A stretch of 49,552 nucleotides of DNA from Fibrobacteria bacterium (GTDB lineage Bacteria > Fibrobacterota > Chitinivibrionia > Chitinivibrionales > FEN-1185). The notes below the pieces were generated by a model that did not search any database, was not told the DNA's origin, and was given only the letters and a program-made list of their open reading frames with translations. A program made the position numbers and the translations under genes. The stretch covers positions 1-49,552 of the forward strand of contig JBBIGR010000040.1 in NCBI GenBank assembly GCA_037447435.1, in the 5' to 3' direction. This document shows positions 1 through 9,946 of this stretch, piece by piece; the stretch's first letter is position 1; each line of letters begins with the position of its first letter.

Positions 1-39
1 ATAATTTAGTTTAATTAAACCGGGAAAACGGACATGATC
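1..39 (-). mobile_element. Possible IS terminal inverted repeat (IS256-like) at the left edge
   Basis: Reverse complement from 39 reads GATCATGTCCGTTTTCCCGGTTTAA. It shares GRTCAWGTCC with the right-edge element and loosely resembles IS256-family ends. No transposase is visible. Confidence 0.3.
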
Positions 40-137
40 TCAGAAACGGCGGGCTTTTGATGATTTATTGCATACGATTTCAAACTTTGAAACGTAATAT
101 TACTTGGTTTAGAAATTGAGCTAGTTCGGATTTTTTT

Positions 138-524
138 ATGAAACAGTACAAAATTCTAATCATCGAAGACGATATAAATATCAATGAATTGATAGAGATT
201 ACGCTCAAGTCTCCGGACTTGGTCATTAAAAGCGTTCACGACGGCACAACGGCAATTGCGATGCTCAAAGAGGATATTCCGGATCTTGTTGTGCTGGATA
301 TCATGATACCCGCTCCGGATGGATGGGAAATTTATAATACGATACGTTCCAACCCCGATTTTACGCATACTAAAGTATTAATTCTTACGGCATTGTATTT
401 CTCCAATGAGTTCCTGGCTCTTAAAAACATTTCTCCCACCGATTTGGTTATGAAAAAGCCGTTCGAAATTGACGAGTTAAAATCAAATGCGGACAACATG
501 CTTAAAAAAGAGCCTGAACGCTAG
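138..524 (+). CDS. Single-domain response regulator (CheY-like receiver)
   Basis: KILIIEDD, PDLVVLDIMIP (phospho-Asp), ILTA and KPF motifs; no output domain. Confidence 0.9.
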   Translation: MKQYKILIIEDDININELIEITLKSPDLVIKSVHDGTTAIAMLKEDIPDLVVLDIMIPAPDGWEIYNTIRSNPDFTHTKVLILTALYFSNEFLALKNISPTDLVMKKPFEIDELKSNADNMLKKEPER

Positions 525-2116
525 AAAAATACTCCGCCGTATAATTCATAAATCGACATTCCTGAAAAGTCATATTCGTATTTTACGGTAACTCGAAACA
601 ATCCGAATTGGTCGAATTTCCAATGCATTCCCAACCGGGTTGCGATTTGCGTTCCAGCCCCCAAAAATGTTTTTTTGGGCGAATCGGGTTGAACTGAACC
701 GGAATCCTGAAACACATCCGTGATTTTCCCTCCTCGAGCAGAGGGATCAGTCCTAATATTAGTAAAGGATATCCCGACTGTATTTTTTGCAAAAAGCCTG
801 TTTTCCGCGGTTATGGACAACAGATCGGAATTCGGGCCCAAGGGCGCACCGAGGGGAATATTGAAATTGTCATAGCGATGGCTTCCTCCGTAAAAATGCG
901 TATAAACCCACGGTTCAACCCGGCAATATTCGGTAGTTACGGTTAGGTCGCGGTTGAATACGCGTCCAAAATATTGGCAACCTAATGTACCCGCAAGCTT
1001 ATTGCCCCAATCGTTACTAAACATTGTCCAAGGAGACGTCATATCGTCAATGAACCATTCAAAATACCAACGGAAATTGTCCGGATAGGCAAGACTAATG
1101 TCAAAAGAAAGGTTTTTATTATCCAAATCGCCCAGATAATGCTCAAGAAACACATACGGTACAAACGGTATCATATACCCGATTTCCCATCCGCGGGAAA
1201 CGCCATAATATGGTTTCCGAAGCGCATTTGCCGAACCGGAGTCGGTACTAGGTTGATTTGTCGTACTCCCGTTTATCACGACCTCGGTTATTCCAACATT
1301 TAGCCGGGAAGAAAGCAACGGGAAATCGAGTCGGTGCATATAAAAATATTTCGGCAGACCTTTTTCACTTTGCAACATGCCGAATGCCTGGACATAATCC
1401 ATAATGCCAAACGATACTTGTCCCCGCAAATAAGTTTCCGGCGGAGCCAATCCGGAAAATGTCAAGGGACTCTCTACTGCTGGTCCGTCTTTAAGACGGT
1501 CTATCGCCGCTTCCAACCTCACCGGCCCCTCAACGAAATTTATTCCGCCTCGAGGAAGGTCGGAAGAACGGACATGGCTCGAATCTGCGCGTCCGTAAAG
1601 ATTATAGGCAACGCCGTCGTACGGCTCGTACGTACTTCGATGATACACGGTATCGGACCGATAATCCGTCCATACATCCAAATTGCCGAAAAAAGAAACA
1701 TTTCCCAAATTCGCATAGAGCGAAGGACTTATGATTCCCCTGGTAAAAACGCCTGATTTGTTCCCGCGTTCCATGCTGCTTGTGTCCGATAATGCCAACC
1801 GTACATTGACATGAGAATCACCGGTTTTCGATTTCCAGGAAAGCAAACCGTAATCAGATGAAATCTGCCTTCGAAGGTCCTTTGCATCCGAAATCTCTGG
1901 AAGGCTTAAAGCGCCGGTCATTCCGAGGGAATCGACTTTATCAAGAAATCCGAGTACATCGCATGCGGTCATGGGTTGGGCATAAAATGCCGCCGGCAAA
2001 GGAACGCCATGTCGGGTAGAAATACGGTAAAAAAATTCGTCCCTGGTCGGATCGTTCCGCACGTTTGGGCAATAGTCGCATAATACAATTGCCGAAAACA
2101 ACAAAACGATAATCAT
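521..2116 (-). CDS. Capsule assembly Wzi-family-like outer membrane protein
   Basis: Signal-like N-terminus from ATG 2116 (ORF open to TTG 2182). Motifs HRLDF, GITEVVI, DN.NLSFD, YFEWFIDD, RVEPWVYTH and LG.PLGPNSD; C-terminal Phe. Confidence 0.65.
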   Translation of the reverse strand: MIIVLLFSAIVLCDYCPNVRNDPTRDEFFYRISTRHGVPLPAAFYAQPMTACDVLGFLDKVDSLGMTGALSLPEISDAKDLRRQISSDYGLLSWKSKTGDSHVNVRLALSDTSSMERGNKSGVFTRGIISPSLYANLGNVSFFGNLDVWTDYRSDTVYHRSTYEPYDGVAYNLYGRADSSHVRSSDLPRGGINFVEGPVRLEAAIDRLKDGPAVESPLTFSGLAPPETYLRGQVSFGIMDYVQAFGMLQSEKGLPKYFYMHRLDFPLLSSRLNVGITEVVINGSTTNQPSTDSGSANALRKPYYGVSRGWEIGYMIPFVPYVFLEHYLGDLDNKNLSFDISLAYPDNFRWYFEWFIDDMTSPWTMFSNDWGNKLAGTLGCQYFGRVFNRDLTVTTEYCRVEPWVYTHFYGGSHRYDNFNIPLGAPLGPNSDLLSITAENRLFAKNTVGISFTNIRTDPSARGGKITDVFQDSGSVQPDSPKKTFLGAGTQIATRLGMHWKFDQFGLFRVTVKYEYDFSGMSIYELYGGVFF

Positions 2117-2209
2117 TCCGCTCGTGAAAATTTTCTTTTTCCTATGGAAAAATGCACTATAAAACTTTTTTTCTTTAATCAAAATTTTTGTTTTCTATGT
2201 TGATTTTTC

Positions 2210-5200
2210 TCAGGTCAAAAATTTCATTTTACTGACACGTTTATACACGATATTGAAAATAATTGGAAAAATGAACAGGGTCAGCATGGTCGCGCTGATT
2301 AACCCGCCAATAACCACTATTGCGAGAGGTTTTTGCGTTTCCGATCCTATTCCGGATGAAACCGCCGCAGGAAGCAATCCGAGCGCGGCCATGAGTGCAG
2401 TCATCACCACCGGCCTTATTCGTGAAGTCACTCCGGTTCGTATCGCATCATCTAAAGAATGCTTGTTTTCCAAGTTTTTCTTGAAAATGGAGACTAAAAT
2501 CACTCCGTTTTGAACACAAATTCCAAATAAAGCAATAAAACCAACACCTGCGGAAATGCCAAATATCGTCCCCGTAACATGCAGCGCCAGAATACCTCCA
2601 ATAAGTGCAAACGGCACATTCATTAATACGAGACCTGCATCGACAATATTACCGAATGTGATAAACAACAAAATAAAAATCAAAACTATGCATAAAGGAA
2701 CAACCTGGGTCAGTCGATTAACTGCACGCACTTCGCTTTCAAATTCGCCAGCCCAGCCAATGGAATATCCTTGGGGCAATTTTATTGTTTTGTCAATAAC
2801 ATTTTGTGCTTCCTGTATTGTGCCACCTAAGTCACGTCCGCGTATTGCAAAGCTTATGGCTATCAAACGTTTGTTCAGGTCGCGGTAAATAAAAGCCGGC
2901 CCGGTTTCGGTCTTGATTTCTGCAATTTCCTTGAGCGGTATCCGTGTGCCCTTTACCGTGGGAATTTTAAGTTCGCCGATATCGGTTTCGTCCTTTCGGT
3001 ATTCCCGGGAATACCTGATCCCGATATCGAATTTCTTCTCGCCTTCATAGAGCTGTGTCGCCGCTTTTCCCCCTATCGCCATTTCAATGATTGCTTGACA
3101 ATCGGCGGCAGCCACACCGTAAATGGCCATTTTTTGTTTATTTAAATGAATGCTGATTTCAGGTTGTCCGATGTTCCGAAGGATTTCAAGATCCTTAATT
3201 CCCCTGACATCTTTGATTGCATCAATCACTTTATCCGCTAAAGAATCCAATACATTTAAATCCTCTCCAAAAATTTTAATGGCGTTATTTGCGTTTAACC
3301 CTGCAACTGCCTCGTTGACATTGTCTCTAATGGGCTGGGAATAACCGTACGTAATACCGGGAATTTGTTTGAGCTTATTGTCCATTTCCTCTATAAGCCG
3401 ATCTACGGTGATTTTTCTTTTCCATTGTTCTTTCGGATACAAATCGACATCAGCCTGGTTGATATAAAATCCCGAAGGGTCTGTTCCGTCGTTCGAGCGC
3501 CCTGTTTGTGAAAGAACCCCCTTTACTTCCGGGAAACTGCGCAATATTTCACGTATTTTATGCTCGATCCGCACTGTTTCGGTAAGAGACATGCTCATCG
3601 GCATATGTGCCTCGACCCACAATGCACCTTCATTGAGTGGAGGCAAGAATTCCGTTCCAAGCCATTTGAAGGAATAAACGCTTACAGCCATGACGATAAT
3701 GGAAATAAGTAACGAAAGTTTTTTATGCGAATAAGTAAAGTTAAAAACATTGACTATGTTTCTTGTTAGAATATTTACAAAAGGATTATTGCGTTCCCTC
3801 ACGTTTTTATTGAAAAACTGGCGGACAAGAACCGGTACCAATGTCAGGGTGAAAATAAGCGCCCCTAAAAGCGCAAAACCGAGCGTATATGCCAGCGGCG
3901 AAAAAAGTTTTCCTTCGATTTTTTCAAAAGAAAAAATCGGGATTAGTGCGGTTATGATTATCAATTTTGAAAAGAATATCGACTTGCCCATTTCGGCACA
4001 TTTACCGACAATAATGCCTGTTTTCGAAAGTTGGTTAAAGGCAAGCATACCGATTTCCTTTGCTTTATGGTCCAAAGCCACAAACATGCTTTCAACCATT
4101 ACTATTGCACCGTCGATTATGATGCCGAAATCTATTGCGCCCATTGAAATGAGGTTTGCCGACATACCTTTGAAATACAGGCACATAAATGAAAAAAGCA
4201 ATGACAAAGGAATGATGAGAGACACAATAATTGTTGCACGAATATCGGCTGTAAACAAAAAAACAATGATCGTAACAAGGACAATGCCTTCGAGAACATT
4301 ATGCGAAATGGTTTTTGTGCAAAACCGTATCAGGTCGTCCCGATCGTAAAATGGGACAAGTTTGATATCGCTTGGCAATATTTTTGTGTTTAATTCTTTG
4401 ATTTTCTCTTTGATGTTTTTAAGCACCTCGGCAGGGTTCATGCCTTTTCGCATTACCACGATGCCTTCTATGACATCATCGGTATCGTTTAAACCAACTT
4501 GTCCCAGTCTCGGTAACGACGATTCCACTACTTGTGCGACATTTTTTACCAACAGGGGCATATCGCCGGCATTGTTTATGACGATATTCCCTATCTCATC
4601 GATTGAATTGATAAGACCGATACCTCTCACAACATAGGCCTGGTTGTTTTTTTCTATGATATCGCCGCCAACGTTGATATTACTTTTCGTAATGGCGTTA
4701 TAAATATCAAGTGCGGAAAGGTTGTATTTTTCCAGAAGCCCGGGATTGACGTTGATTTCATATATTTTTTCCTGCCCACCGAAGGTGTTGACGTCCGCTA
4801 TTCCCGGGACACTGAGCAGTTGCCGCCAGATGACCCAGTCCTGATAGGTAAGAAGTTCACGTGAATTTCGGATTTTGCTGTGTACGGTATATCGGTAAAT
4901 TTCACCGGTCGGGCCATAGGGCGGTTCTACCTCAGACGCAATGCCTTCGGGAAGCTGCACATTTGCCAATGCATTATTCACTTGTTGACGTGCAAAAAAA
5001 TCCTCTACGTTATCGTCAAAAAGAATACGGATCACCGAAAGCCCGAACATAGTTATCGATCGAACGTGTGTTTTACGCTGCACGGAATTCATTGCAACTT
5101 CAAGAGGAATTGTCACAAATCGTTCTACTTCCTCCGCACCTTGTCCGTGCCATTGCGTAATGATCGTAATTTGGGTATTCGTTACATCCGGGAACGCCTC

Positions 5201-5317
5201 CATCGTCGTATGACGGAAGCTGAAAATCCCCATGAGAATAAGAACGGTGGTGATGAATAATATGAAAAATTTATTCTTTAAAGAAAAGCCGACTATATTT
5301 TCAATGAATTTATTCAT
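2210..5317 (-). CDS. czcA: CusA/CzcA-family heavy-metal efflux RND permease
   Basis: EAFPDVTN, GAIDFGIIIDGAIVMVE, RIRPVVMTA and GSETQKPLAIVVIGGL; 1035 aa with RND transmembrane layout. Confidence 0.93.
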   Translation of the reverse strand: MNKFIENIVGFSLKNKFFILFITTVLILMGIFSFRHTTMEAFPDVTNTQITIITQWHGQGAEEVERFVTIPLEVAMNSVQRKTHVRSITMFGLSVIRILFDDNVEDFFARQQVNNALANVQLPEGIASEVEPPYGPTGEIYRYTVHSKIRNSRELLTYQDWVIWRQLLSVPGIADVNTFGGQEKIYEINVNPGLLEKYNLSALDIYNAITKSNINVGGDIIEKNNQAYVVRGIGLINSIDEIGNIVINNAGDMPLLVKNVAQVVESSLPRLGQVGLNDTDDVIEGIVVMRKGMNPAEVLKNIKEKIKELNTKILPSDIKLVPFYDRDDLIRFCTKTISHNVLEGIVLVTIIVFLFTADIRATIIVSLIIPLSLLFSFMCLYFKGMSANLISMGAIDFGIIIDGAIVMVESMFVALDHKAKEIGMLAFNQLSKTGIIVGKCAEMGKSIFFSKLIIITALIPIFSFEKIEGKLFSPLAYTLGFALLGALIFTLTLVPVLVRQFFNKNVRERNNPFVNILTRNIVNVFNFTYSHKKLSLLISIIVMAVSVYSFKWLGTEFLPPLNEGALWVEAHMPMSMSLTETVRIEHKIREILRSFPEVKGVLSQTGRSNDGTDPSGFYINQADVDLYPKEQWKRKITVDRLIEEMDNKLKQIPGITYGYSQPIRDNVNEAVAGLNANNAIKIFGEDLNVLDSLADKVIDAIKDVRGIKDLEILRNIGQPEISIHLNKQKMAIYGVAAADCQAIIEMAIGGKAATQLYEGEKKFDIGIRYSREYRKDETDIGELKIPTVKGTRIPLKEIAEIKTETGPAFIYRDLNKRLIAISFAIRGRDLGGTIQEAQNVIDKTIKLPQGYSIGWAGEFESEVRAVNRLTQVVPLCIVLIFILLFITFGNIVDAGLVLMNVPFALIGGILALHVTGTIFGISAGVGFIALFGICVQNGVILVSIFKKNLENKHSLDDAIRTGVTSRIRPVVMTALMAALGLLPAAVSSGIGSETQKPLAIVVIGGLISATMLTLFIFPIIFNIVYKRVSKMKFLT

Positions 5318-5338
5318 AGGTAAATTTCTAAATGTTTT

Positions 5339-6427
5339 TTACGATTCATTTAATGCATTATAAATAAGAAGCTGGCATCTTGAAATAACCTTGTCTCCAG
5401 GGGCAAGGCCCGATGTTATAAATGTTTTGTTTCCCACCACGGAATACACCTGTACTTCGCGGGTCTGCACATCATTTCTATCGTTAAAAAGCATGACGAA
5501 ATTTTTACTCTTGTCAAAAACGAGCGCTTGGGAAGGAATTTCGGTCATTTCCCCTTTGATTTTATACCTGACGATGACGTTGGCAAACATTTCCGGCTTG
5601 AGCAAAACATTTTCATTTCCTAAAATAATCCTGATTTTCATTGTCTTATTGTCCGGATCGAGTACCGTTGCTATTTTATCGATTTTTCCTTTGAGGGCGA
5701 CATCCTGATAGGCAATGGTCCTTACTTCAACTTCATCATTCAAGTGAACTTTGGCAATATCGGTTTCGTAGACATTCGCAATAATCCAGACATGCCGAAG
5801 ATCGGATATGGTAAATAAATTGTTTCCGTTATCCGGCCTGATTTGCATATGCGGATTTATGAATCGTTCGACTATATAGCCGGATTCAGGGGCTTTTATG
5901 CTATAATCGGCGGTTGAATTGTTTCCGTTAATCGTAATGATTTTTTTAATACGGTCCAGTTCAGATTCGGCTTTCCGGAAATCAGCTTGCGCTGTTAGAA
6001 AATCTTTTTCAGAAGAAATCCCGCTTTTATACATTGACTCGGAGGCCTCAAGGTTTTTCTTAGTAATCCCAAGGTTCGAGGTGGCATTTAAAAGATCGTT
6101 TTGAATCCCGGCACCTTCGGAGCTGATGATTACCGCAAGTTCCTGGCCTTTTTTTACATAGTCACCAAGCGAAACGCGTACATCGCTTGCCAAGCCGCTT
6201 ACCATAGGATAAACCCTGACTACATGTTCCTCGTCGAAACTTACTTTTCCGGTCAGTTTCAACTCATTTTCCACGCTTGAAAGTTTTACGGTATCAATTG
6301 CGATCATATTCATCATGGTATCGGAAACTGCAAACTTGTCCCGCGAGTCGTCTGATTTCGTTTGACGACCATGGCACCCTAGGCCGACTAGAAAGACGAT
6401 AGATAGTAGCCCGAATAAATATCTCAT
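5339..6427 (-). CDS. czcB: RND efflux periplasmic adaptor (CzcB-like lipoprotein)
   Basis: Lipobox-like LVGLGC, barrel-sandwich segment (VSLGDYVKKGQ.L), LKPEMFANV; lies between the TolC and RND genes. Confidence 0.9.
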   Translation of the reverse strand: MRYLFGLLSIVFLVGLGCHGRQTKSDDSRDKFAVSDTMMNMIAIDTVKLSSVENELKLTGKVSFDEEHVVRVYPMVSGLASDVRVSLGDYVKKGQELAVIISSEGAGIQNDLLNATSNLGITKKNLEASESMYKSGISSEKDFLTAQADFRKAESELDRIKKIITINGNNSTADYSIKAPESGYIVERFINPHMQIRPDNGNNLFTISDLRHVWIIANVYETDIAKVHLNDEVEVRTIAYQDVALKGKIDKIATVLDPDNKTMKIRIILGNENVLLKPEMFANVIVRYKIKGEMTEIPSQALVFDKSKNFVMLFNDRNDVQTREVQVYSVVGNKTFITSGLAPGDKVISRCQLLIYNALNES

Positions 6428-6460
6428 ATTACACCTCTTAACTTTTAAATAAACTGCCGG

Positions 6461-7789
6461 TTACCACGCAACGATGTTTTTGCCGACGCTGTAATTAATC
6501 TCTTCAAACGCCGTTATTCTGCTATATTGAAGGGCATTGTACTGGACAATGTTTTGTTTATAGGCGTCATAATAATCAAGAAATTCCAAAAGTCCGATAT
6601 TGCGTTTCTCATAATTTTTCAGGACCTCGTTTTTCATGGATGAAAAGTCCGCGGCAAACCCCGCATCAAATTGCCGGTAAATGGAATCGGTTCGCATTGC
6701 CTTTACATACGCGGAATTCACATCGGTTACAACTGTTTCTTTTACGCTTTCATAGCCGTACCGGCTGCTTTGACAAGTCAGGATGGCACTTTTAATATTA
6801 CCCTGGTTGCGGTTAAAAACAGGTACGTCCATTTGAATGCCGAGAAAATTGTAATTATGAACATAGCTGCCGTTTTTGTCCCATCCGGCAACCACCTGTA
6901 CATCGGGTATTGCCAGGGATTTCTGATACGATACGTTAAGGGTATTGTATTTCAGGTCAGCCTCGGCTGCCTTTAAATCGCTTCGATACAATACAGCGGT
7001 GTCGACGAGTTTATCCAATGTCAAATCATTTGTTTTGATTGAATCAGAGCCACGCTCGTCGCATAGCGCCACAACAGAGGCGTTTTCAAGATGAAGCAAT
7101 ACGTTAAAATCCGATTGCACTTCCACGCGTTGGCTTTCAAGGGTCAGTTTCTCGTTTTCAAGGGAAAACAACGACGCTTTGAGCCGCAGCAGTTCTTTTT
7201 TCGAAACATTACCTTTTTTGCATTGTTCATCGAAGGCTTTGATGAGCGTGTCTATGGTTTCGATCTCCTTTGCATAAACCGACAGGGTTGCATCGGTAAA
7301 GTATAGTTTGTAGAAATCATTACGGAGCTGGTATTTCAAGGTACGCAGAAGATCGGAAAAAAGGTATTCGGATTTTCGTGCCGAAAATTCTGCGAGCCGA
7401 ATTCTTTTATTCCTCTTGGCCGCTATCGACAGTATCTGCTGCAATTGAATGCTGCTTTCGCCGTTTTCCGAAAGGGGAAACCATTTGCTTGCACCATTTT
7501 TATCCGATTCCGTATTGTACACATTCTGGTTCACGGATATTGTCGGATTGTCCCACAGCCGGTTTTGCAATGCCTGAGCACGCGCTGCATCCACATTGCA
7601 TTTCTGGGTAAGCAGTTGCAGGTTTTTTTCAAGAAATATTTCCTCGGCTTTTTTAAGAGTAAGAGAAATTGTATCTGTCTGCAAAATACCTGGAAAAACA
7701 ATTCCTGGAATAAACATCAGAAATACAATACCGGCAAAAATGCGACGTTTCTTATTAATTTTATTATCCAATTGTCCCCTAATTTTCAT
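6461..7789 (-). CDS. czcC: TolC-family outer membrane efflux protein (CzcC-like)
   Basis: Two OEP repeats (WDNPTIS, PVFNRNQGNI, IGLLEFLD); first gene of the efflux operon. Confidence 0.88.
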   Translation of the reverse strand: MKIRGQLDNKINKKRRIFAGIVFLMFIPGIVFPGILQTDTISLTLKKAEEIFLEKNLQLLTQKCNVDAARAQALQNRLWDNPTISVNQNVYNTESDKNGASKWFPLSENGESSIQLQQILSIAAKRNKRIRLAEFSARKSEYLFSDLLRTLKYQLRNDFYKLYFTDATLSVYAKEIETIDTLIKAFDEQCKKGNVSKKELLRLKASLFSLENEKLTLESQRVEVQSDFNVLLHLENASVVALCDERGSDSIKTNDLTLDKLVDTAVLYRSDLKAAEADLKYNTLNVSYQKSLAIPDVQVVAGWDKNGSYVHNYNFLGIQMDVPVFNRNQGNIKSAILTCQSSRYGYESVKETVVTDVNSAYVKAMRTDSIYRQFDAGFAADFSSMKNEVLKNYEKRNIGLLEFLDYYDAYKQNIVQYNALQYSRITAFEEINYSVGKNIVAW

Positions 7790-7843
7790 AGAATCCTCTT
7801 TTACTTATGGCCAATATTCTTTCATATGAAAGATAACCCTTTA

Positions 7844-7874
7844 GACATTAAAAACAGGTTAAAGATGAATTAAA
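7844..7874. promoter_or_regulatory. Putative OmpR/PhoB-type binding site upstream of czcC
   Basis: TTAAA at 7848, 7859 and 7870, exactly 11 bp apart. Confidence 0.55.
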
Positions 7875-7980
7875 TAAGGTAAAAATGGATTCATGTGCGC
7901 ATTAGAACGGTTGCGTGCTTTTGACGGTAAAATTCCATTGAACCTTCGCCAAATCGTTATGCGATCACCGAATTAACGTG

Positions 7981-8002
7981 ATTTAAATTTTGTTTTAATG
8001 TC
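7981..8002. promoter_or_regulatory. Inverted second copy of the same putative regulator box, upstream of the 83-aa gene
   Basis: Reverse complement GACATTAAAACAAAATTTAAAT matches GACATTAAAAACAGGTTAAAG at 7844; the first 10 nt are identical. Confidence 0.5.
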
Positions 8003-8121
8003 AAATGCTTATAATTATGGTGATGACGATTGTATCGAGACGTACCGGATTATTCGACAAAATAATCCACTACGGGGGTGATCCTACTTATCGATAATCC
8101 ATTTCGAAAAAGGGAGACCAA

Positions 8122-8373
8122 ATGAATTTTAGAATCTTCATAAATGGCGATGAAATACAAACTTTGGTTGAAGCCGATTTGAGAGAGGGCAGAGGCCTGG
8201 CGATTGTTACAGGAAAATGGGCTGGCATATTTCCTTTTATGAAATTAACCGAACAACCTTTTACTTTCGAATTAAAAAACCCTGACAATTATATCAGGCA
8301 TGCGTGGATTTCGCATGTCAAGGGAGGCCCCGTTAACACTTTTATTGAGATTAAGGGAATTTTGCAAAAATGA
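8122..8373 (+). CDS. Hypothetical small cytoplasmic protein (83 aa)
   Basis: ATG preceded by GGGAG; fills the gap between czcC and the kinase gene; no recognised motif. Confidence 0.65.
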   Translation: MNFRIFINGDEIQTLVEADLREGRGLAIVTGKWAGIFPFMKLTEQPFTFELKNPDNYIRHAWISHVKGGPVNTFIEIKGILQK

Positions 8374-8414
8374 AAGAGCGATTTATTTCCTTGAATCACC
8401 CTGACCAAACGAAA

Positions 8415-9941
8415 TCAACCCTTAACCGGATCGATGAAACAACGAAATTCTAGAACAACATTAGTGCCTTTCCCCAATTCGCTTTCCACCGAAACCGTAC
8501 CGCCATGCCGCTCCATAACGCTTTTGACAAGTGCAAGTCCGATCCCGTTACCCGGAATTTTTGAAGAGGGATTCGATCGGAAAAACGGTTGAAATACCAA
8601 GGCCAAATTTTCGGGTGCAATACCTGTTCCCCTATCTTGAATTTTAATAATCACACTTTCCTTCCGGGGCACTTCGATAGAAACCAGAATTAGGGAACCA
8701 GGTTCGGAAAACTTTACGGCATTCTCGAGAACATTGACTAGCGCAACTCTGAGCAAGCCCTCGTTTCCAAGGATGCCTAGAGTATCCTCCTGGTCCGGAG
8801 AAACGTTCAGTTGCACTTCAAGTTTACGGGTCGGATACCGCTGTTTGATTTCCCGAAGTGCCGAAAAAAGTATATCGTCCACGCGAAGATGCTTGAGCGA
8901 TTCCGATTCCGTTTGGGCCAGTAATAAAAGGTTGTTCAGAAGTCTGTTGAGATGCCGCATCGATTCAAGCACCGAAGTCATGGTTGCCTTATATTCATCG
9001 GCATTTCTCGATTGCATTAAAGTAACATCCAATTGACCGATTATATCGGTAATCGGGGTACGAAGTTCGTGGGAGGCATGGGCCACAAATTGTTTCTGCG
9101 ATTTGAATGCCGCTTCCAAACGGTCCAACATTCCATTAAACGCATGGGCAAGAAGAGCCAATTCATCGCTTTTATTTCCTTCATCAAGACGTATATGAAA
9201 ATCCGTCGCAGTTATTTTTTCTGCCTTCTGGCGTATGACCGAAATCGGCTCCATTGCTCTTGCGGCAAAATAAATGCCGGCGAAAAACACGAACAGCAAC
9301 GACGATAAGTACCCCCCTATAAGCCAATTCCGAAGATTCTGTAAAGATTTCAACCCTCTTTTGTCATAAGCGGAAATCACAACGATATATTCCACGTTTC
9401 CGGTTACCGGAATGGAATTGCTTTGTGAATCAATCAAACCGGAATTAGGAAAGTTGCCGTTTTCATCCAGGAACGGAATAATGATTTTTTGCGTATCGCT
9501 CGTTGATATGGCAAATTTTCCGTTTTTTATTGCTTGCGCATGCTCATATTCCGAGAGGAAAACTATACCCGTATCTTTGGCAGTGACTTGATATCGCCCC
9601 CGATTCATTGCCTGCTGTTGTTCATATTCCGAAAGTTGCAAGATTTGTTCACCGGAATGGAAAACGCATTTTCCCTGCTTGTTAAAGATTGCCAAACGTT
9701 CAAACGGCAATGTTTGAAGGGTTTGTTGCCGAAACGGCCGAAGGGTTTGCGGACTAAGATTGTCTGTTCGTAAAACTATTGCCGCAGTAGCTATTGCATC
9801 GGTTAAAAGCTCATTATTAAATTCCTCGGATCTTTGAAAACTGGAATATGAGTAACTGCCGATTGCCGAAATGGCCAGAATAATTGCAACCAGTGCGGTA
9901 AAAAGTAGCGTGAGCCTTGTTTTAATGGTCGCGGCAATCAT
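8415..9941 (-). CDS. Sensor histidine kinase (HAMP-HisKA-HATPase, CusS/CzcS-like)
   Basis: Two TM helices, HAMP (DEL..LA.AFN.MLDRL), H-box ASHELRTP, N-box NVLENAVKFS, DRGTGI, GNGIGLA. Confidence 0.92.
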   Translation of the reverse strand: MIAATIKTRLTLLFTALVAIILAISAIGSYSYSSFQRSEEFNNELLTDAIATAAIVLRTDNLSPQTLRPFRQQTLQTLPFERLAIFNKQGKCVFHSGEQILQLSEYEQQQAMNRGRYQVTAKDTGIVFLSEYEHAQAIKNGKFAISTSDTQKIIIPFLDENGNFPNSGLIDSQSNSIPVTGNVEYIVVISAYDKRGLKSLQNLRNWLIGGYLSSLLFVFFAGIYFAARAMEPISVIRQKAEKITATDFHIRLDEGNKSDELALLAHAFNGMLDRLEAAFKSQKQFVAHASHELRTPITDIIGQLDVTLMQSRNADEYKATMTSVLESMRHLNRLLNNLLLLAQTESESLKHLRVDDILFSALREIKQRYPTRKLEVQLNVSPDQEDTLGILGNEGLLRVALVNVLENAVKFSEPGSLILVSIEVPRKESVIIKIQDRGTGIAPENLALVFQPFFRSNPSSKIPGNGIGLALVKSVMERHGGTVSVESELGKGTNVVLEFRCFIDPVKG

Positions 9942-9946
9942 TTTTT

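Noticed and set aside
3750..4349. 199-aa plus-strand ORF and other antisense ORFs within czcCBA
   Set aside because: Shadow ORFs opposite well-supported genes, with no motifs
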